A DNA stretch of 64,000 nucleotides from a candidate division CPR2 bacterium GW2011_GWC2_39_35 (GTDB lineage: Bacteria > Patescibacteriota > CPR2), in the NCBI GenBank assembly GCA_000995065.1, contig LBWX01000001.1:95563-159562 (forward strand), read 5' to 3'. A model generated the notes under the pieces. That model made no database searches. It worked only from the letters and a program-made list of their open reading frames with translations, and was not told the origin of the DNA. Shown one piece after another: positions 10,538 to 20,472 of this stretch. Position 1 is the first letter of the stretch, and each line of letters opens with the position of its first letter. The position numbers and the translations under genes were made by a program.

Positions 10538-10999
10538 ATGCAAAAGAAAATCATTCTTACAAAAGATGGTTTGGCCAAACTAAAGGCCGATCTTAAAAAA
10601 ATGAAAGAAGAAACCAGACACGAAGTAGCAGCTAGAATTAAAGATGCGATTGAGTTTGGTGATCTATCCGAAAACTCGGAATATGAAGAAGCGAAAAACC
10701 AACAAGCTTTTGTTGAGGGTAAAATTGCAGAACTAGAGTATTTAATCAAGAACGCTACCATCAAAGAAGGAGTTGTAAGCTCCGATGCCGTTGACATAGG
10801 TAATGTTGTCCATGTCGAAGTTGAGGGTGGCCAAGAGAAGTTTAAAATTGTTGGAGCACACGAAGCTGATCCCCTTAACGGAATGATTTCTTACGAATCT
10901 CCGATAGGGCAAGCGCTTATTGGTAAAAAGAAAGGCGAAGAGATAGAGGTGACAGTGCCTGCCGGGATGATTCGCTATAAAATAACTAACATCGAATAA
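10538..10999 (+). CDS. greA: transcription elongation factor GreA
   Basis: LTKDGLAKLKADLKKMKE...DLSENSEYEEAKNQQAFVEGKIAELE coiled-coil plus FKBP-like C-terminal domain. Confidence 0.85.
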   Translation: MQKKIILTKDGLAKLKADLKKMKEETRHEVAARIKDAIEFGDLSENSEYEEAKNQQAFVEGKIAELEYLIKNATIKEGVVSSDAVDIGNVVHVEVEGGQEKFKIVGAHEADPLNGMISYESPIGQALIGKKKGEEIEVTVPAGMIRYKITNIE

Positions 11000-11045
11000 A
11001 ATCAGAAACCCGGCGAAACTGTCGGGTTTTTAAATGGAGTAATTT

Positions 11046-12587
11046 ATGTTTTGGGCAGACCAAATAGCTAACGATTTGAAAGATAAAGGCCCTCAACTTG
11101 TTGATGATGCTTGGACTACTTCAGGCTTTGCTCATATCGGTTCATTAAGAGGCATTATTATTCACGATACTATTTTTAGAGCTCTTAAGAATAGGAAAAT
11201 AAATACTGCTTATTCCTTTATACTGGATGATTTTGATCCTATGGACGGCCTACCTATCTATCTGGATGCCGAAAAATACCTACCATTCATGGGCATGCCA
11301 ATGAGATCAATTCCGTCAGAAGTAGAAGGAAAGACGCTCGCCGACTTTTTTGCTGATGATTTCATTAAAACCATGGAAATTGTTGGCACTAATCCAGAAA
11401 TTTTATCAGCTTACGAGCTTTATAAAAGCGGTCAAATGGATGAGGCCATCCGTGTTGCGCTTGATAATGCTCCGAAAATTCGTGAAATCTATAAGAAAGT
11501 TAGCCGGATTGATAAAGGTGATGAATGGTATCCCTTTAATCCAGTTTGCGAAGAATGCGGCAAGATCGGCACCACTCGAACTATAAATTGGAATGGAAAA
11601 GAAGTTGGATATATTTGTGAGCCCGAAATGGTTAAATGGGCTAAGGGATGTGGCCACAAAGGAAAGATTTCTCCATTTGGCGGAACCGGTAAAATGCCTT
11701 ACCGAATCGAATGGCCGGCAAAATGGAAGGTGCTAGGCATTACAGTCGAGGGTGAAGGGAAAGATCATTCCGCAGCTACAGGAACAAGGGATATGGGCAA
11801 CCATGTCGCAAGGGAGGTCTTTAGCATAGAGCCGCCTTATGATATTCCATATGAATTTTTTCTTTTCGAAGGTAAGAAGATGAGTGGTTCAAAAGGACTT
11901 GGCGCCAACGCTAAAGATGTCGCAGAACTTTTGCCTCCCGAAATAACCAGATTTATGATGATTAGAAATTACAAGAGAGCAATTGAATTTAATCCTAAAG
12001 GCGCCACTATTCCGACACTATTCGATGAATATGATAAAGCCATTTTAGCTTATAAGGGAGAAACGGACTTTCCGGATCTTGCAAAAGTAGCTGAATATTC
12101 GCAAAAGGAAGGTAAGCCATTCACCGGTTACAGACCAAGATTTATAAAAATTGCTTACTCGATTCAACTTCCCCGAGTTGACATCTTTAAAGATGCGGAA
12201 ACCGAAAAGGGAAGTCCTCTTACCAATGAAGAGAAACACGAAATTACCATAAGGATCGCTTATGCCGAAAAATGGCTTACCAACTTTGCCCCGGAGCAAT
12301 TTAAGTTTCAGGTAAAAGAAGCTGCGCCTGAAGTTAGCCTCTCCGAAGATCAGAAACGATTTTTAGAAAATTTTGAAAAGGAACTCCAGACAACCGACTG
12401 GAACGGACAGGAAATTCATGAACGCTTACATGCAATTAAGAATAGTTTCAATATCTCACCGAAAGATGCCTTTAGCGCTATTTATATGATTTTTCTAGGA
12501 AAAGATTCCGGTCCCCAAGCCGGCTGGTTTATAAGTTCTCTTGATAAAGACTTTGTTCTTAAGAGGTTAAGGGAAGCTTTAAAATAG
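11046..12587 (+). CDS. lysK: lysyl-tRNA synthetase, class I (archaeal-type)
   Basis: HIGS (HIGH) motif near the N-terminus, KMSGSKG (KMSKS) motif, CEECGKIG Zn-knuckle; overall class-I LysRS architecture. Confidence 0.8.
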   Translation: MFWADQIANDLKDKGPQLVDDAWTTSGFAHIGSLRGIIIHDTIFRALKNRKINTAYSFILDDFDPMDGLPIYLDAEKYLPFMGMPMRSIPSEVEGKTLADFFADDFIKTMEIVGTNPEILSAYELYKSGQMDEAIRVALDNAPKIREIYKKVSRIDKGDEWYPFNPVCEECGKIGTTRTINWNGKEVGYICEPEMVKWAKGCGHKGKISPFGGTGKMPYRIEWPAKWKVLGITVEGEGKDHSAATGTRDMGNHVAREVFSIEPPYDIPYEFFLFEGKKMSGSKGLGANAKDVAELLPPEITRFMMIRNYKRAIEFNPKGATIPTLFDEYDKAILAYKGETDFPDLAKVAEYSQKEGKPFTGYRPRFIKIAYSIQLPRVDIFKDAETEKGSPLTNEEKHEITIRIAYAEKWLTNFAPEQFKFQVKEAAPEVSLSEDQKRFLENFEKELQTTDWNGQEIHERLHAIKNSFNISPKDAFSAIYMIFLGKDSGPQAGWFISSLDKDFVLKRLREALK

Positions 12588-12659
12588 ACAGTTTGTTAAT
12601 AATCTTTCCTTTGATCTAATTTTTTTGGTATAATCGGTTTATAAACGGAAACAACGCTT

Positions 12660-13949
12660 ATGCTAGATATTAAATTCATTCGAGAAAACCCTGACATTGT
12701 AAAAAAAGCCGCTAAGATAAAGGGGATCGATGTTGATATTGATCGATTACTTGCCCTAGATAAAAATCGAGTCGGACTTATAAAAGAAGTGGATAATCTT
12801 CGCCAGATGAGAAAGTCCGACAAAAAACCGACTGAGGAGCAGATTAAAGAAATTAAAGAAGTAAAAGAACAGCTCGCCAAAAAAGAAAATAAGTTAAGAA
12901 CAATCGAGGCGGAGTTCGACAGGCTCATGCTTTTTGTTCCAAACATACCTTCACCGGATGCACCATTAGGCGGCGAAGAAGCCAATAAAGAAATATATAG
13001 ATGGGGCGAGCCAACCGAGTTTAATTTCCCCATAAAAGATCATATTGAGCTTGCAAAGGATCTTGACTTAATCGACTTTGAATCAGGCGTTAAGGTTTCT
13101 GGATTTAGGGGATATTATCTTAAAAACGAAGCCGTGCTTTTGCAAATGGCCCTCATGTGGCATGCTTTAAAAAAGCTTCAGGAAAAAGGCTTTACCCTGA
13201 TGATCCCTCCAACTTTAGTGAGAAGCTTCGCCTTAACTGGGAGCGGCCAATTTCCTTTTGCTGAAGCCGAAACATATCAGGTAACAAATGCAAATAGAAA
13301 CGCTAAAGATGTTGATCTTAAAGAACCTTTGTATTTAGTTGGAACGGCCGAACCATCTCTTCTTGCTTATAAGGCCAATAAAATCTTAAACGATGACGAT
13401 CTTCCGGTAACATTATGCGGTTTCTCCCAATGTTACCGGTCCGAAATCGGCAGCTATGGCAAGGATACAAGAGGCGCTTATAGGCTCCATGAGTTTATGA
13501 AAGTGGAACAAGTCGTTTTTTGTAAAGCAGACCTAAAAGAATCTCAAGACTGGCTCCAAAAGATTAAAGATACCTCTCTCGAAATGCTTGAAGAATTGAA
13601 TTTACCGCACCGAGTTCTTCAGATTGCAACCGGAGATATGGGAGCCGGAAAATATGATATGTATGACATCGAAACCTGGATGCCATCCAGAAATTCGTAC
13701 GGCGAAACACATTCTGCTTCCAACTTCACCGACTGGCAAACTAGAAGATTAAATATAAAATATAAAACTCGAGACGGTCAAATAATTTATCCGCATGCTC
13801 TAAACAACACCATGATCGCATCTCCAAGAATATTGATTGCTCTTTTTGAAAATTATCAACAAGAAGACGGATCAATTAAGATACCGGAAATTCTGCAGAA
13901 ATTTATTGGGATAAAAGAGATAAAAAGAACAGTGAACAGTGAACAGTGA
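12660..13949 (+). CDS. serS: seryl-tRNA synthetase
   Basis: MLDIKFIRENPDIVKKAAKIKG N-terminal coiled-coil arm and class-II core; stop TGA at 13947-13949 lies inside a heptamer repeat. Confidence 0.9.
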   Translation: MLDIKFIRENPDIVKKAAKIKGIDVDIDRLLALDKNRVGLIKEVDNLRQMRKSDKKPTEEQIKEIKEVKEQLAKKENKLRTIEAEFDRLMLFVPNIPSPDAPLGGEEANKEIYRWGEPTEFNFPIKDHIELAKDLDLIDFESGVKVSGFRGYYLKNEAVLLQMALMWHALKKLQEKGFTLMIPPTLVRSFALTGSGQFPFAEAETYQVTNANRNAKDVDLKEPLYLVGTAEPSLLAYKANKILNDDDLPVTLCGFSQCYRSEIGSYGKDTRGAYRLHEFMKVEQVVFCKADLKESQDWLQKIKDTSLEMLEELNLPHRVLQIATGDMGAGKYDMYDIETWMPSRNSYGETHSASNFTDWQTRRLNIKYKTRDGQIIYPHALNNTMIASPRILIALFENYQQEDGSIKIPEILQKFIGIKEIKRTVNSEQ

Positions 13950-13953
13950 ACAT
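13927..13953. repeat. tandem heptanucleotide repeat (GAACAGT x3.8) spanning the serS stop codon
   Basis: gaacagt gaacagt gaacagt gaacat read directly; encodes RTVNSEQ-stop. Confidence 0.6.
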
Positions 13954-14004
13954 AAAAAATTTCAACTATTTACTGATCGCTATTCACTAACTAAAGGAGG
14001 TTAT

Positions 14005-14358
14005 ATGAACATTCAAATTACAGGCAAAGATTTTGAGCTTACCGAATCGTTAGAACAGTTTGTAAACGAAAAAGTAAATAGACTTTCGAAATACGACAGC
14101 AGGATAAATAAAGTAAGCGTTATTTTGTCAGTGGACGATGGACATCATAAAAGGGGTGACATTTATCTGGCAGAGATTATAATAGATAGAGCAGGAAAAG
14201 ATCTTGTCATAAAGGAAACTAAGGATAATATGCATGCCGCTATCGACAGTGCAACCGAAAAAGCCAAACATAATTTAGAAAAAGAAAAGCAAAACCCAAA
14301 AAGCATCGCAAAATATAAAGACCTTATTCGAGGTATTTTAAAAAATAACCGCAAGTAA
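14005..14358 (+). CDS. hpf: ribosome hibernation promoting factor (YfiA/RaiA/HPF, short form)
   Basis: MNIQITGKDFELTESLEQFVNEKVNRLSKY... sigma54-modulation/S30EA family; ATG 14005 behind AAAGGAGG is preferred over track start 13939, which lies inside the serS repeat. Confidence 0.8.
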   Translation: MNIQITGKDFELTESLEQFVNEKVNRLSKYDSRINKVSVILSVDDGHHKRGDIYLAEIIIDRAGKDLVIKETKDNMHAAIDSATEKAKHNLEKEKQNPKSIAKYKDLIRGILKNNRK

Positions 14359-14369
14359 AGGAGATTAAA

Positions 14370-14927
14370 ATGGATTTAAATGATAACCTTGCCGGAACTG
14401 AGACAAATCCAACAGACGGCGCTACAGAAACAGCTGCCCAAGAGCCTATAAGCGTTGTAGAGGCACCAGTTACCGAAGCACCGGCTTCCACCGTAAATGA
14501 AGTTGTTAATGCAGACGAATTAACATCACTCACCCCAGAAGGTGAAGAAAGTACCTCCCCCAGTATCGCTACCAATGCTACCGAAACAGGCATTTCGGAA
14601 GTTGAGAGCGCTGCTAGCGAATTAGCAGCCCTATCCAATGAAAGTCCTGCTGAGACTGCCGAAGAACCAACCACGCCTTCAGAAGACCCTGCAACAGATA
14701 GCGTAACCGAAAGTTTTGTAACTCCTCCAGCAAACGCTGAAAATGCAGTTATGACAGACCTAAATGCTTACGAAAACAGTGCCGAGGTGCAGCCTAAAAT
14801 AGAAAGCCCTATGCAAGATGCCATGAATCCTTCCGCAAATATGGCAGGAGCAGATGCATCCGCCATAAATACACCAAATGAGCCGATAAAGAAGAAGGGA
14901 TTTATTTCAAGACTATTTGGAAAATAA
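14370..14927 (+). CDS. acidic intrinsically disordered protein with C-terminal amphipathic membrane-targeting helix
   Basis: 185 aa dominated by T/E/A/P/S/D with no predicted globular domain, ending ...EPIKKKGFISRLFGK; good SD (AAGGAG); sits between hpf and secA. Confidence 0.5.
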   Translation: MDLNDNLAGTETNPTDGATETAAQEPISVVEAPVTEAPASTVNEVVNADELTSLTPEGEESTSPSIATNATETGISEVESAASELAALSNESPAETAEEPTTPSEDPATDSVTESFVTPPANAENAVMTDLNAYENSAEVQPKIESPMQDAMNPSANMAGADASAINTPNEPIKKKGFISRLFGK

Positions 14928-14952
14928 AATTGTCCGACTCATAAGTCATAAA

Positions 14953-14978
14953 AAGCTCCAACTTGGAGCTTTTTTCTT
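14953..14978 (+). terminator. rho-independent terminator
   Basis: AAAAGCTCCAA-CTTG-GAGCTTTTTTC hairpin plus U-tract. Confidence 0.5.
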
Positions 14979-15065
14979 TAAAAAATGATTATTTTCTATA
15001 GAATTTTCGTGCCTTCAATGATAAAATAGGCTAGATATAAAAATATGGTTTGAAAGGAAATAGAA

Positions 15066-17645
15066 ATGGCGCTACTTACAAGAATATTGGGTGATCCAAA
15101 TGAAAAGGAAGTCCAAAAATTAACAGTAATTACTCATAAGATTAATGCGCTAGAACCGGAATACTTGAAACTTGATGATAAAGCGTTAAAAGCAAAAACT
15201 GAAGAGTTTAAGCAGAGAATTAGTACCGGCGAAAGCTTAGACGATATCATGCCCGAAGCTTTTGCAACCGTAAGAGAGGCCTCGAGACGAGTTTTGGGTT
15301 TAAGACATTATGATGTCCAGCTAATTGGAGGCATGGTTTTGCATGAGGGTAAAATTGCGGAAATGAAAACGGGTGAAGGCAAGACCCTCGTTGCCACCCT
15401 TGCTGCTTATCTAAATGCCTTGACCGGAGACGGTATTCATGTTGTAACGGTTAACGACTATCTTGCTAAGCGCGACACCGGCTGGAACGGAAAACTATAT
15501 AGTTTTCTTGGTTTGAGTGTGGGATGTATTATCCATGAGGAATCATTACTATTTGATGAAAAGTATGAAGACCCTAATGTCTTGGACGAAAGAACAAAAA
15601 ATCTACGTCCCGTATCCAGAAAAAATGCTTATGCCGCAGATATCACCTACGGAACAAATAACGAATTTGGTTTTGATTACTTAAGAGACAATATGGTACA
15701 AAATGCCGAGCAAATGGTTCAGAGAAAACATAACTTTGTTATTGTGGATGAAGTTGACTCTATCTTAATTGACGAAGCAAGAACGCCTCTTATAATTTCC
15801 GCCCCCGCCGAAGAAGCAACGGACAAATATTATGAATATGCCAAAATGGTTGAAAAACTTACCGAAGGTCCCGATTACGCCCTCGACGAAAAATTAAAAG
15901 CCGTTTCCTTATCGGAAGAAGGTATCGAAAAGCTCGAAAAAATGCTAGGCGTGGATAATATTTATGAATCTCATGGTATAGAAATGGTTCATCATGTTGA
16001 GCAGTCTCTTAAGGCCAAAGCTATTTTTAAGAAGGATCGCGATTATGTTGTTAAAGACGGCGAAATCGTTATTGTTGATGAATTCACCGGAAGACTGATG
16101 CTTGGGCGCCGATATTCAGGAGGGCTTCATCAAGCGATTGAAGCCAAGGAGGGCGTAGCGATCAAGCAGGAAAGCCTTACCTTGGCAACAATTTCCTTTC
16201 AAAACTATTTTAGGCTCTATAATAAGCTCTCGGGAATGACGGGTACTGCCGCCACCGAAGCCGAAGAATTCGCCAAGATTTATGAGCTCGAGGTAACGAT
16301 AATACCAACAAACAGAGAAATGGTCAGAAAGGATCTTCAGGACAAGGTTTTTAAGAACAAAGCAGCCAAATTCGATGCTGTTGTTCGCGACATCAAAGAA
16401 AGATATGAAAAAGGCCAGCCGGTACTTGTCGGTACTATCTCTATCGAATATAACGAGCTTCTTTCGCACTTATTAAAAAAAGCTGGCATCAAACACGAAG
16501 TCTTAAACGCCAAAAACCATGAGAAAGAAGCTTTAATCATTTCCGAAGCCGGCAAGAAAGGCGCTGTTACCGTGGCTACTAACATGGCCGGTCGAGGAAC
16601 AGACATCGTCTTAGAGGAAGGGGTAAATGAGCTTGGAGGACTCGCTGTAATCGGCACCGAAAGGCATGAATCCAGAAGAATTGATAATCAGCTTCGAGGA
16701 CGTGCCGGACGTCAGGGAGATGCCGGATCTTCTCAATTTTATGTTTCATTAGAAGACGATTTGATGAGGATTTTTGGGTCCGACAGGGTAATTAGAATAA
16801 TGGATGGTCTCGGAGTCCCGGAAGACCAACCCATTGAAAATAAGATGATATCCAAGGCCTTAGAATCTGCTCAAAAGAAGGTTGAAGGACACAACTTCGA
16901 CATCAGAAAACATCTTGTGGAATACGATGACGTTATGAATAAACACCGAGAGTTTATTTATTCTAAAAGAAGCGAGGTTTTAGTATCAGAGAGCCTGAGA
17001 AATGAAATTGTCGGTATGATTCAATCCGAAATCGAAAAAATCGTTGATGTTCGGTCTAACATTGGGGAAGGAGATGTTTCTGAACAGATTTTTGAAGCGG
17101 TAAACAATATTTCGCCAATTTCCCCATCAATAAAGGAAAAATTATCCAAAGCAATGCCTCATGAAGCTAAAGAGATCTTAAAAGAGTATGCCCTAGAAGC
17201 TTATGCTACCAAAGAAAATGAAACCACTCCGGATTTGATGCATGTCCTTGAAAAAGCCGTGTATTTAAGAGTAATTGATAGTTTATGGATAGAACACTTA
17301 GAGGCCATGGATCGGCTTCGAGATGGAATCGGTCTTCGGGGTTACGGACAAAAAGACCCCCTAGTGGAATATAAAAACGAAGCCTACAATATGTTTCAGA
17401 CCCTAACTGCAGGAATCGAATCTGAAATTGTTTATACAATTTACAAGGTAACAATCGCAAGAAATGAGCCTCGGGAACAAGAAACAGAGCTTACTAAAGC
17501 TGCCAAAAAATCTTCAGAAGGAAGACCCGCGGACGAGGTAAGAAAACCCGCCAAGAAAAAATCTGGCACCGGCGAAAAAGTTGGCCGAAATGATGCTTGC
17601 CCTTGCGGCAGCGGCAAAAAGTATAAGAAATGTTGTGGAAAATAG
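15066..17645 (+). CDS. secA: preprotein translocase ATPase SecA
   Basis: 859 aa; DEAD motor motifs ([25 protein letters not shown]); C-terminal zinc-binding [14 protein letters not shown]. Confidence 0.95.
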   Translation: MALLTRILGDPNEKEVQKLTVITHKINALEPEYLKLDDKALKAKTEEFKQRISTGESLDDIMPEAFATVREASRRVLGLRHYDVQLIGGMVLHEGKIAEMKTGEGKTLVATLAAYLNALTGDGIHVVTVNDYLAKRDTGWNGKLYSFLGLSVGCIIHEESLLFDEKYEDPNVLDERTKNLRPVSRKNAYAADITYGTNNEFGFDYLRDNMVQNAEQMVQRKHNFVIVDEVDSILIDEARTPLIISAPAEEATDKYYEYAKMVEKLTEGPDYALDEKLKAVSLSEEGIEKLEKMLGVDNIYESHGIEMVHHVEQSLKAKAIFKKDRDYVVKDGEIVIVDEFTGRLMLGRRYSGGLHQAIEAKEGVAIKQESLTLATISFQNYFRLYNKLSGMTGTAATEAEEFAKIYELEVTIIPTNREMVRKDLQDKVFKNKAAKFDAVVRDIKERYEKGQPVLVGTISIEYNELLSHLLKKAGIKHEVLNAKNHEKEALIISEAGKKGAVTVATNMAGRGTDIVLEEGVNELGGLAVIGTERHESRRIDNQLRGRAGRQGDAGSSQFYVSLEDDLMRIFGSDRVIRIMDGLGVPEDQPIENKMISKALESAQKKVEGHNFDIRKHLVEYDDVMNKHREFIYSKRSEVLVSESLRNEIVGMIQSEIEKIVDVRSNIGEGDVSEQIFEAVNNISPISPSIKEKLSKAMPHEAKEILKEYALEAYATKENETTPDLMHVLEKAVYLRVIDSLWIEHLEAMDRLRDGIGLRGYGQKDPLVEYKNEAYNMFQTLTAGIESEIVYTIYKVTIARNEPREQETELTKAAKKSSEGRPADEVRKPAKKKSGTGEKVGRNDACPCGSGKKYKKCCGK

Positions 17646-17856
17646 CTGCAAAAACCTAACAAAACATAATTTGCAGGGTAAGCTCAGAAGTCCAATAAAA
17701 ACTTTATAAAAATGAAGCAGCTGACGGCGAAATGTGGGAGGGTTTTTTATTTTCTGCACGCCTAAACCATCGCTTACATATAACACGAAGGGGTTTATAA
17801 TGTTTAGAGTTTGTGAGCCTTAAGGGTTTTCGTGACATTGCGGTGCCCTCTCAAAC

Positions 17857-17887
17857 ATATTGAATTAGTAAAGTACTAATTCAATAT
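17857..17887. promoter_or_regulatory. perfect 31-bp palindrome (14-bp arms, 3-bp spacer), candidate operator upstream of the 18001 gene
   Basis: ATATTGAATTAGTA-AAG-TACTAATTCAATAT read directly; AT-rich, so unlikely to be a stable terminator. Confidence 0.3.
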
Positions 17888-18000
17888 TATAAACATAACC
17901 GGCATTAAGGTCATAAGATTGTTTAATTATTTAATGCGTCGAGGCATTACTTGTTGTGCCCTTATAAAAAAAGCTCTATTATATATAAAGAAGGGACTTT

Positions 18001-19213
18001 TTTGACTAAATTTTTTATCCTACTCATAACAGTATTTTGCACAGCGTCGGCAACATTTGCCGGCGACTCCTTGGAATTGCCCCTTAAAGAAGCGTTTCTA
18101 AATCCCGAAATTATAAAGACAGTGGGCAATACCTATATCCCTACTCCAAACAAGGGCCAAGTGCAGGTAAAAAATGCAAAACATTTTATTCAAAAAGACG
18201 CTAGCCCTGAATGGGAAAACTACACTGTTTCCATAAATGCCAAGCCTATAGACTGGGATAAGTCGGCTGAATTTGGCATAGGATTCTTATATAACAACGA
18301 TGATAATTATTACGAATTGTCATTACGACCCAATGAAAGCAAGATCCACTTAATAAAAAAAATAGAAGGAAGATACGAACTTTTAAAAAGCAAGGGTTAT
18401 GTTTTTCAAAAAGAAAGGATATACGGAATTAAAGTTTCGGCCTTAAATAGTGGAGAAATTCAAACTTGGATCGATGGTTCGCGTATAATTTGGGACGATC
18501 AGAGCGACGCTTGGAAAGGTGAATTAAAAAGCGTAAAGGGCACGGTATCATTTTTCTCCTTTTTAGGAGAAACTAATTTTGATGATCTTAAAATATACCC
18601 TAATGATCCTCCTTTTATTTCCGATATAAATATTCATTACCTCACCGAGGATTCTGCTGAAATTAGTTGGAAAGTAAGCTACGACACGATAGCAGAGTTA
18701 GTTTATGATTCAAAAAGCCATCCGGAAGACATAAATGGAAGCGGTTATCCAATAAAGATCGGCCACTCTCTGTCTGGCAAGGAGCATACCATGAAGCTAA
18801 CGAATCTTAAAAAGGATACTTCATATTTTTATAAAATTAGAGCAATAGGGGATTCAACCACCATATCTAAAGAGCTAACATTTGAATTACCAAAAGTAGC
18901 CGGAGCAAAGACTGAAAAAGCGGGTGTAAAGATCTATAGCTTTAAACTCATAGTATCTATAGTCTCGCCAATATTTACGATTATTAGTTTATTCTTTTTT
19001 TTAAGATCACAAAAAAAGGAATTGCAGCCAGAAACTCTTAGGAATGTAGATGAAAAGATTGAAAGTAAAAAAGATCCGTTTACCCTAGATGAACTTTACA
19101 GAGACATAATTGGCTATGACACAAAAGATCATCAATCGCTTATGAGTCAAAAAACAAAAATAATCCACAAAACATCGCCAAAAAAAAGCATCGACTCCAT
19201 TAATAGAAAATGA
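18001..19213 (+). CDS. membrane-anchored surface protein: signal peptide, ConA-like lectin/LamG-like domain, FN3-like domain, C-terminal TM anchor
   Basis: TTG 18001 (GGG SD 7 nt upstream) gives MTKFFILLITVFCTASATFA signal peptide; the track ATG 17951 is an in-frame upstream alternative. Beta-sandwich-like region, then FN3/PAP-N-like (ISWKVSYDTIAELVYD...SYFYKIRAIGDS), then TM IVSIVSPIFTIISLFFFL plus RSQKK. Confidence 0.5.
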
Positions 19214-19220
19214 AATCTAA

Positions 19221-19254
19221 AAAAGGAGCCTCATTTTGAAAGCTCCTTTTTTTA
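19221..19254. terminator. bidirectional rho-independent terminator between convergent genes
   Basis: AAAAGGAGC-CTCATTTTGAAA-GCTCCTTTTTTT. Confidence 0.55.
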
Positions 19255-19263
19255 CCTGCCTAT

Positions 19264-19779
19264 TTATAAATTTTCGTCATCGTCTTCGTCGATAGATTCC
19301 TTCTTCGCGCGTTTTTCATATCTTTTTTCTCCACCCATCATTCCAACTGTCTTTTCGGGTCTTTCGAAGTCACTCTCATAGCCATAATAAGCATTAGCAA
19401 TTAGTGAATAACCAAGAGCGGTGACTGCACCAAATACCAAGAGGCCAATTAGACTAGCCAGATTAAATCCGGCAAATAATGTTCCTCCCACAAATAATGG
19501 CGCAACTAAGGCAAGGGCTGCCCATAGGATTAGACCAAGTATCAACCCGCTAACAGTAGAGGAGACGTAATTGCTTGTCGGCCTAACTACTAAACCATAG
19601 ATTAGCCCAACTATCGCCCCAGCGGCTATTGCTCCGAGAAGTGAAACATCCATTGTGGTTCCGAAAACATTTCCGGGAACACCGCCAAGAGACAAAATAA
19701 CTCCAGCAATAAGAGTAGCAATAATACCTGCCACAATACCAATCCAGGCTCGGTTTCCAACACTCATATCTCTTTCCAT
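19264..19779 (-). CDS. Gly-rich four-TM membrane protein with acidic C-terminal tail
   Basis: MERDMSVGNRAWIGIVAGIIATLIAGV...; ATG 19779 behind GGAGGTGAG; tail ...ESIDEDDDENL. Confidence 0.45.
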   Translation of the reverse strand: MERDMSVGNRAWIGIVAGIIATLIAGVILSLGGVPGNVFGTTMDVSLLGAIAAGAIVGLIYGLVVRPTSNYVSSTVSGLILGLILWAALALVAPLFVGGTLFAGFNLASLIGLLVFGAVTALGYSLIANAYYGYESDFERPEKTVGMMGGEKRYEKRAKKESIDEDDDENL

Positions 19780-19917
19780 TTTTCTCACCTCCTTTCAAGT
19801 GTCTTTATTTTCAGCATAGCCCCTTTGAGAAAAATTTCATTAGTCTAATGAACATATTTATTATTTTTTATTGCTAGAAATTTTAACTTATGTATGCCTT
19901 CGTGTTACAATTTAGAT

Positions 19918-20472
19918 ATGAAAAGAACCATATATTTAGCAAGGCATGGTGAGACTGAATACAACAGGTTAAAAAAAATCACCGGACAGTTAGATGTTCC
20001 CTTAAATGATGATGGAATTGAGCAAGCCATGATGCTGTCTATCGAACTCAAAGATATCTATTTTGACGCTATTTTTTGTTCACCTCTAAAAAGATGCCGC
20101 CAGACCGTAAATGAGGTAAAAAAATTTCATCGAAATACGCCCCTTATCTTTGACGAGAGACTAAAAGAATGCGACGCCGGCATCTTAGAAGGCGAATCGA
20201 CGTCCTTTATGGAAGAATATTCCGAAAATTTTACACCGAGAGGCGGTGAATCATATTTTCACTTAAAAAAAAGACTTCGAGATTTTATCGAAGATCAAGT
20301 AGACTCCAAAAATTATGAAAACGTGCTTGTAATTTCTCATGGCGGACCCCTTAAAGTAATTAGAAGTTTATTTGAGGACGTTAAAATACTATCCCAAGAG
20401 GAAATGAGTATAAAAAACTGCAACTATTGGATCATTAAAACCGATGCTGTCTGCACTATAAAGTCTAAGTAA
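19918..20472 (+). CDS. histidine phosphatase family protein (phosphoglycerate-mutase-like)
   Basis: RTIYLARHGETEYNRLKKITGQLDVPLNDDG contains the RHGE catalytic motif; ISHGGPL second His motif. Confidence 0.7.
   Translation: MKRTIYLARHGETEYNRLKKITGQLDVPLNDDGIEQAMMLSIELKDIYFDAIFCSPLKRCRQTVNEVKKFHRNTPLIFDERLKECDAGILEGESTSFMEEYSENFTPRGGESYFHLKKRLRDFIEDQVDSKNYENVLVISHGGPLKVIRSLFEDVKILSQEEMSIKNCNYWIIKTDAVCTIKSK

Noticed and set aside
13939-14004. Track start for hpf at 13939 inside the heptamer repeat
   Set aside because: ATG 14005 is preceded by AAAGGAGG and yields the canonical MNIQITGK HPF N-terminus.
960-17786. Numerous 60-125-aa minus-strand ORFs inside rpsB, frr, uppS, rseP, proS, mreC, mrdA, lysK, serS, secA (for example 960-1172, 2403-2774, 12596-13033, 14324-14674, 16116-16657, 17514-17786)
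   Set aside because: All overlap strongly supported plus-strand genes and translate to low-complexity or hydrophobic junk with no motifs; antisense shadows.
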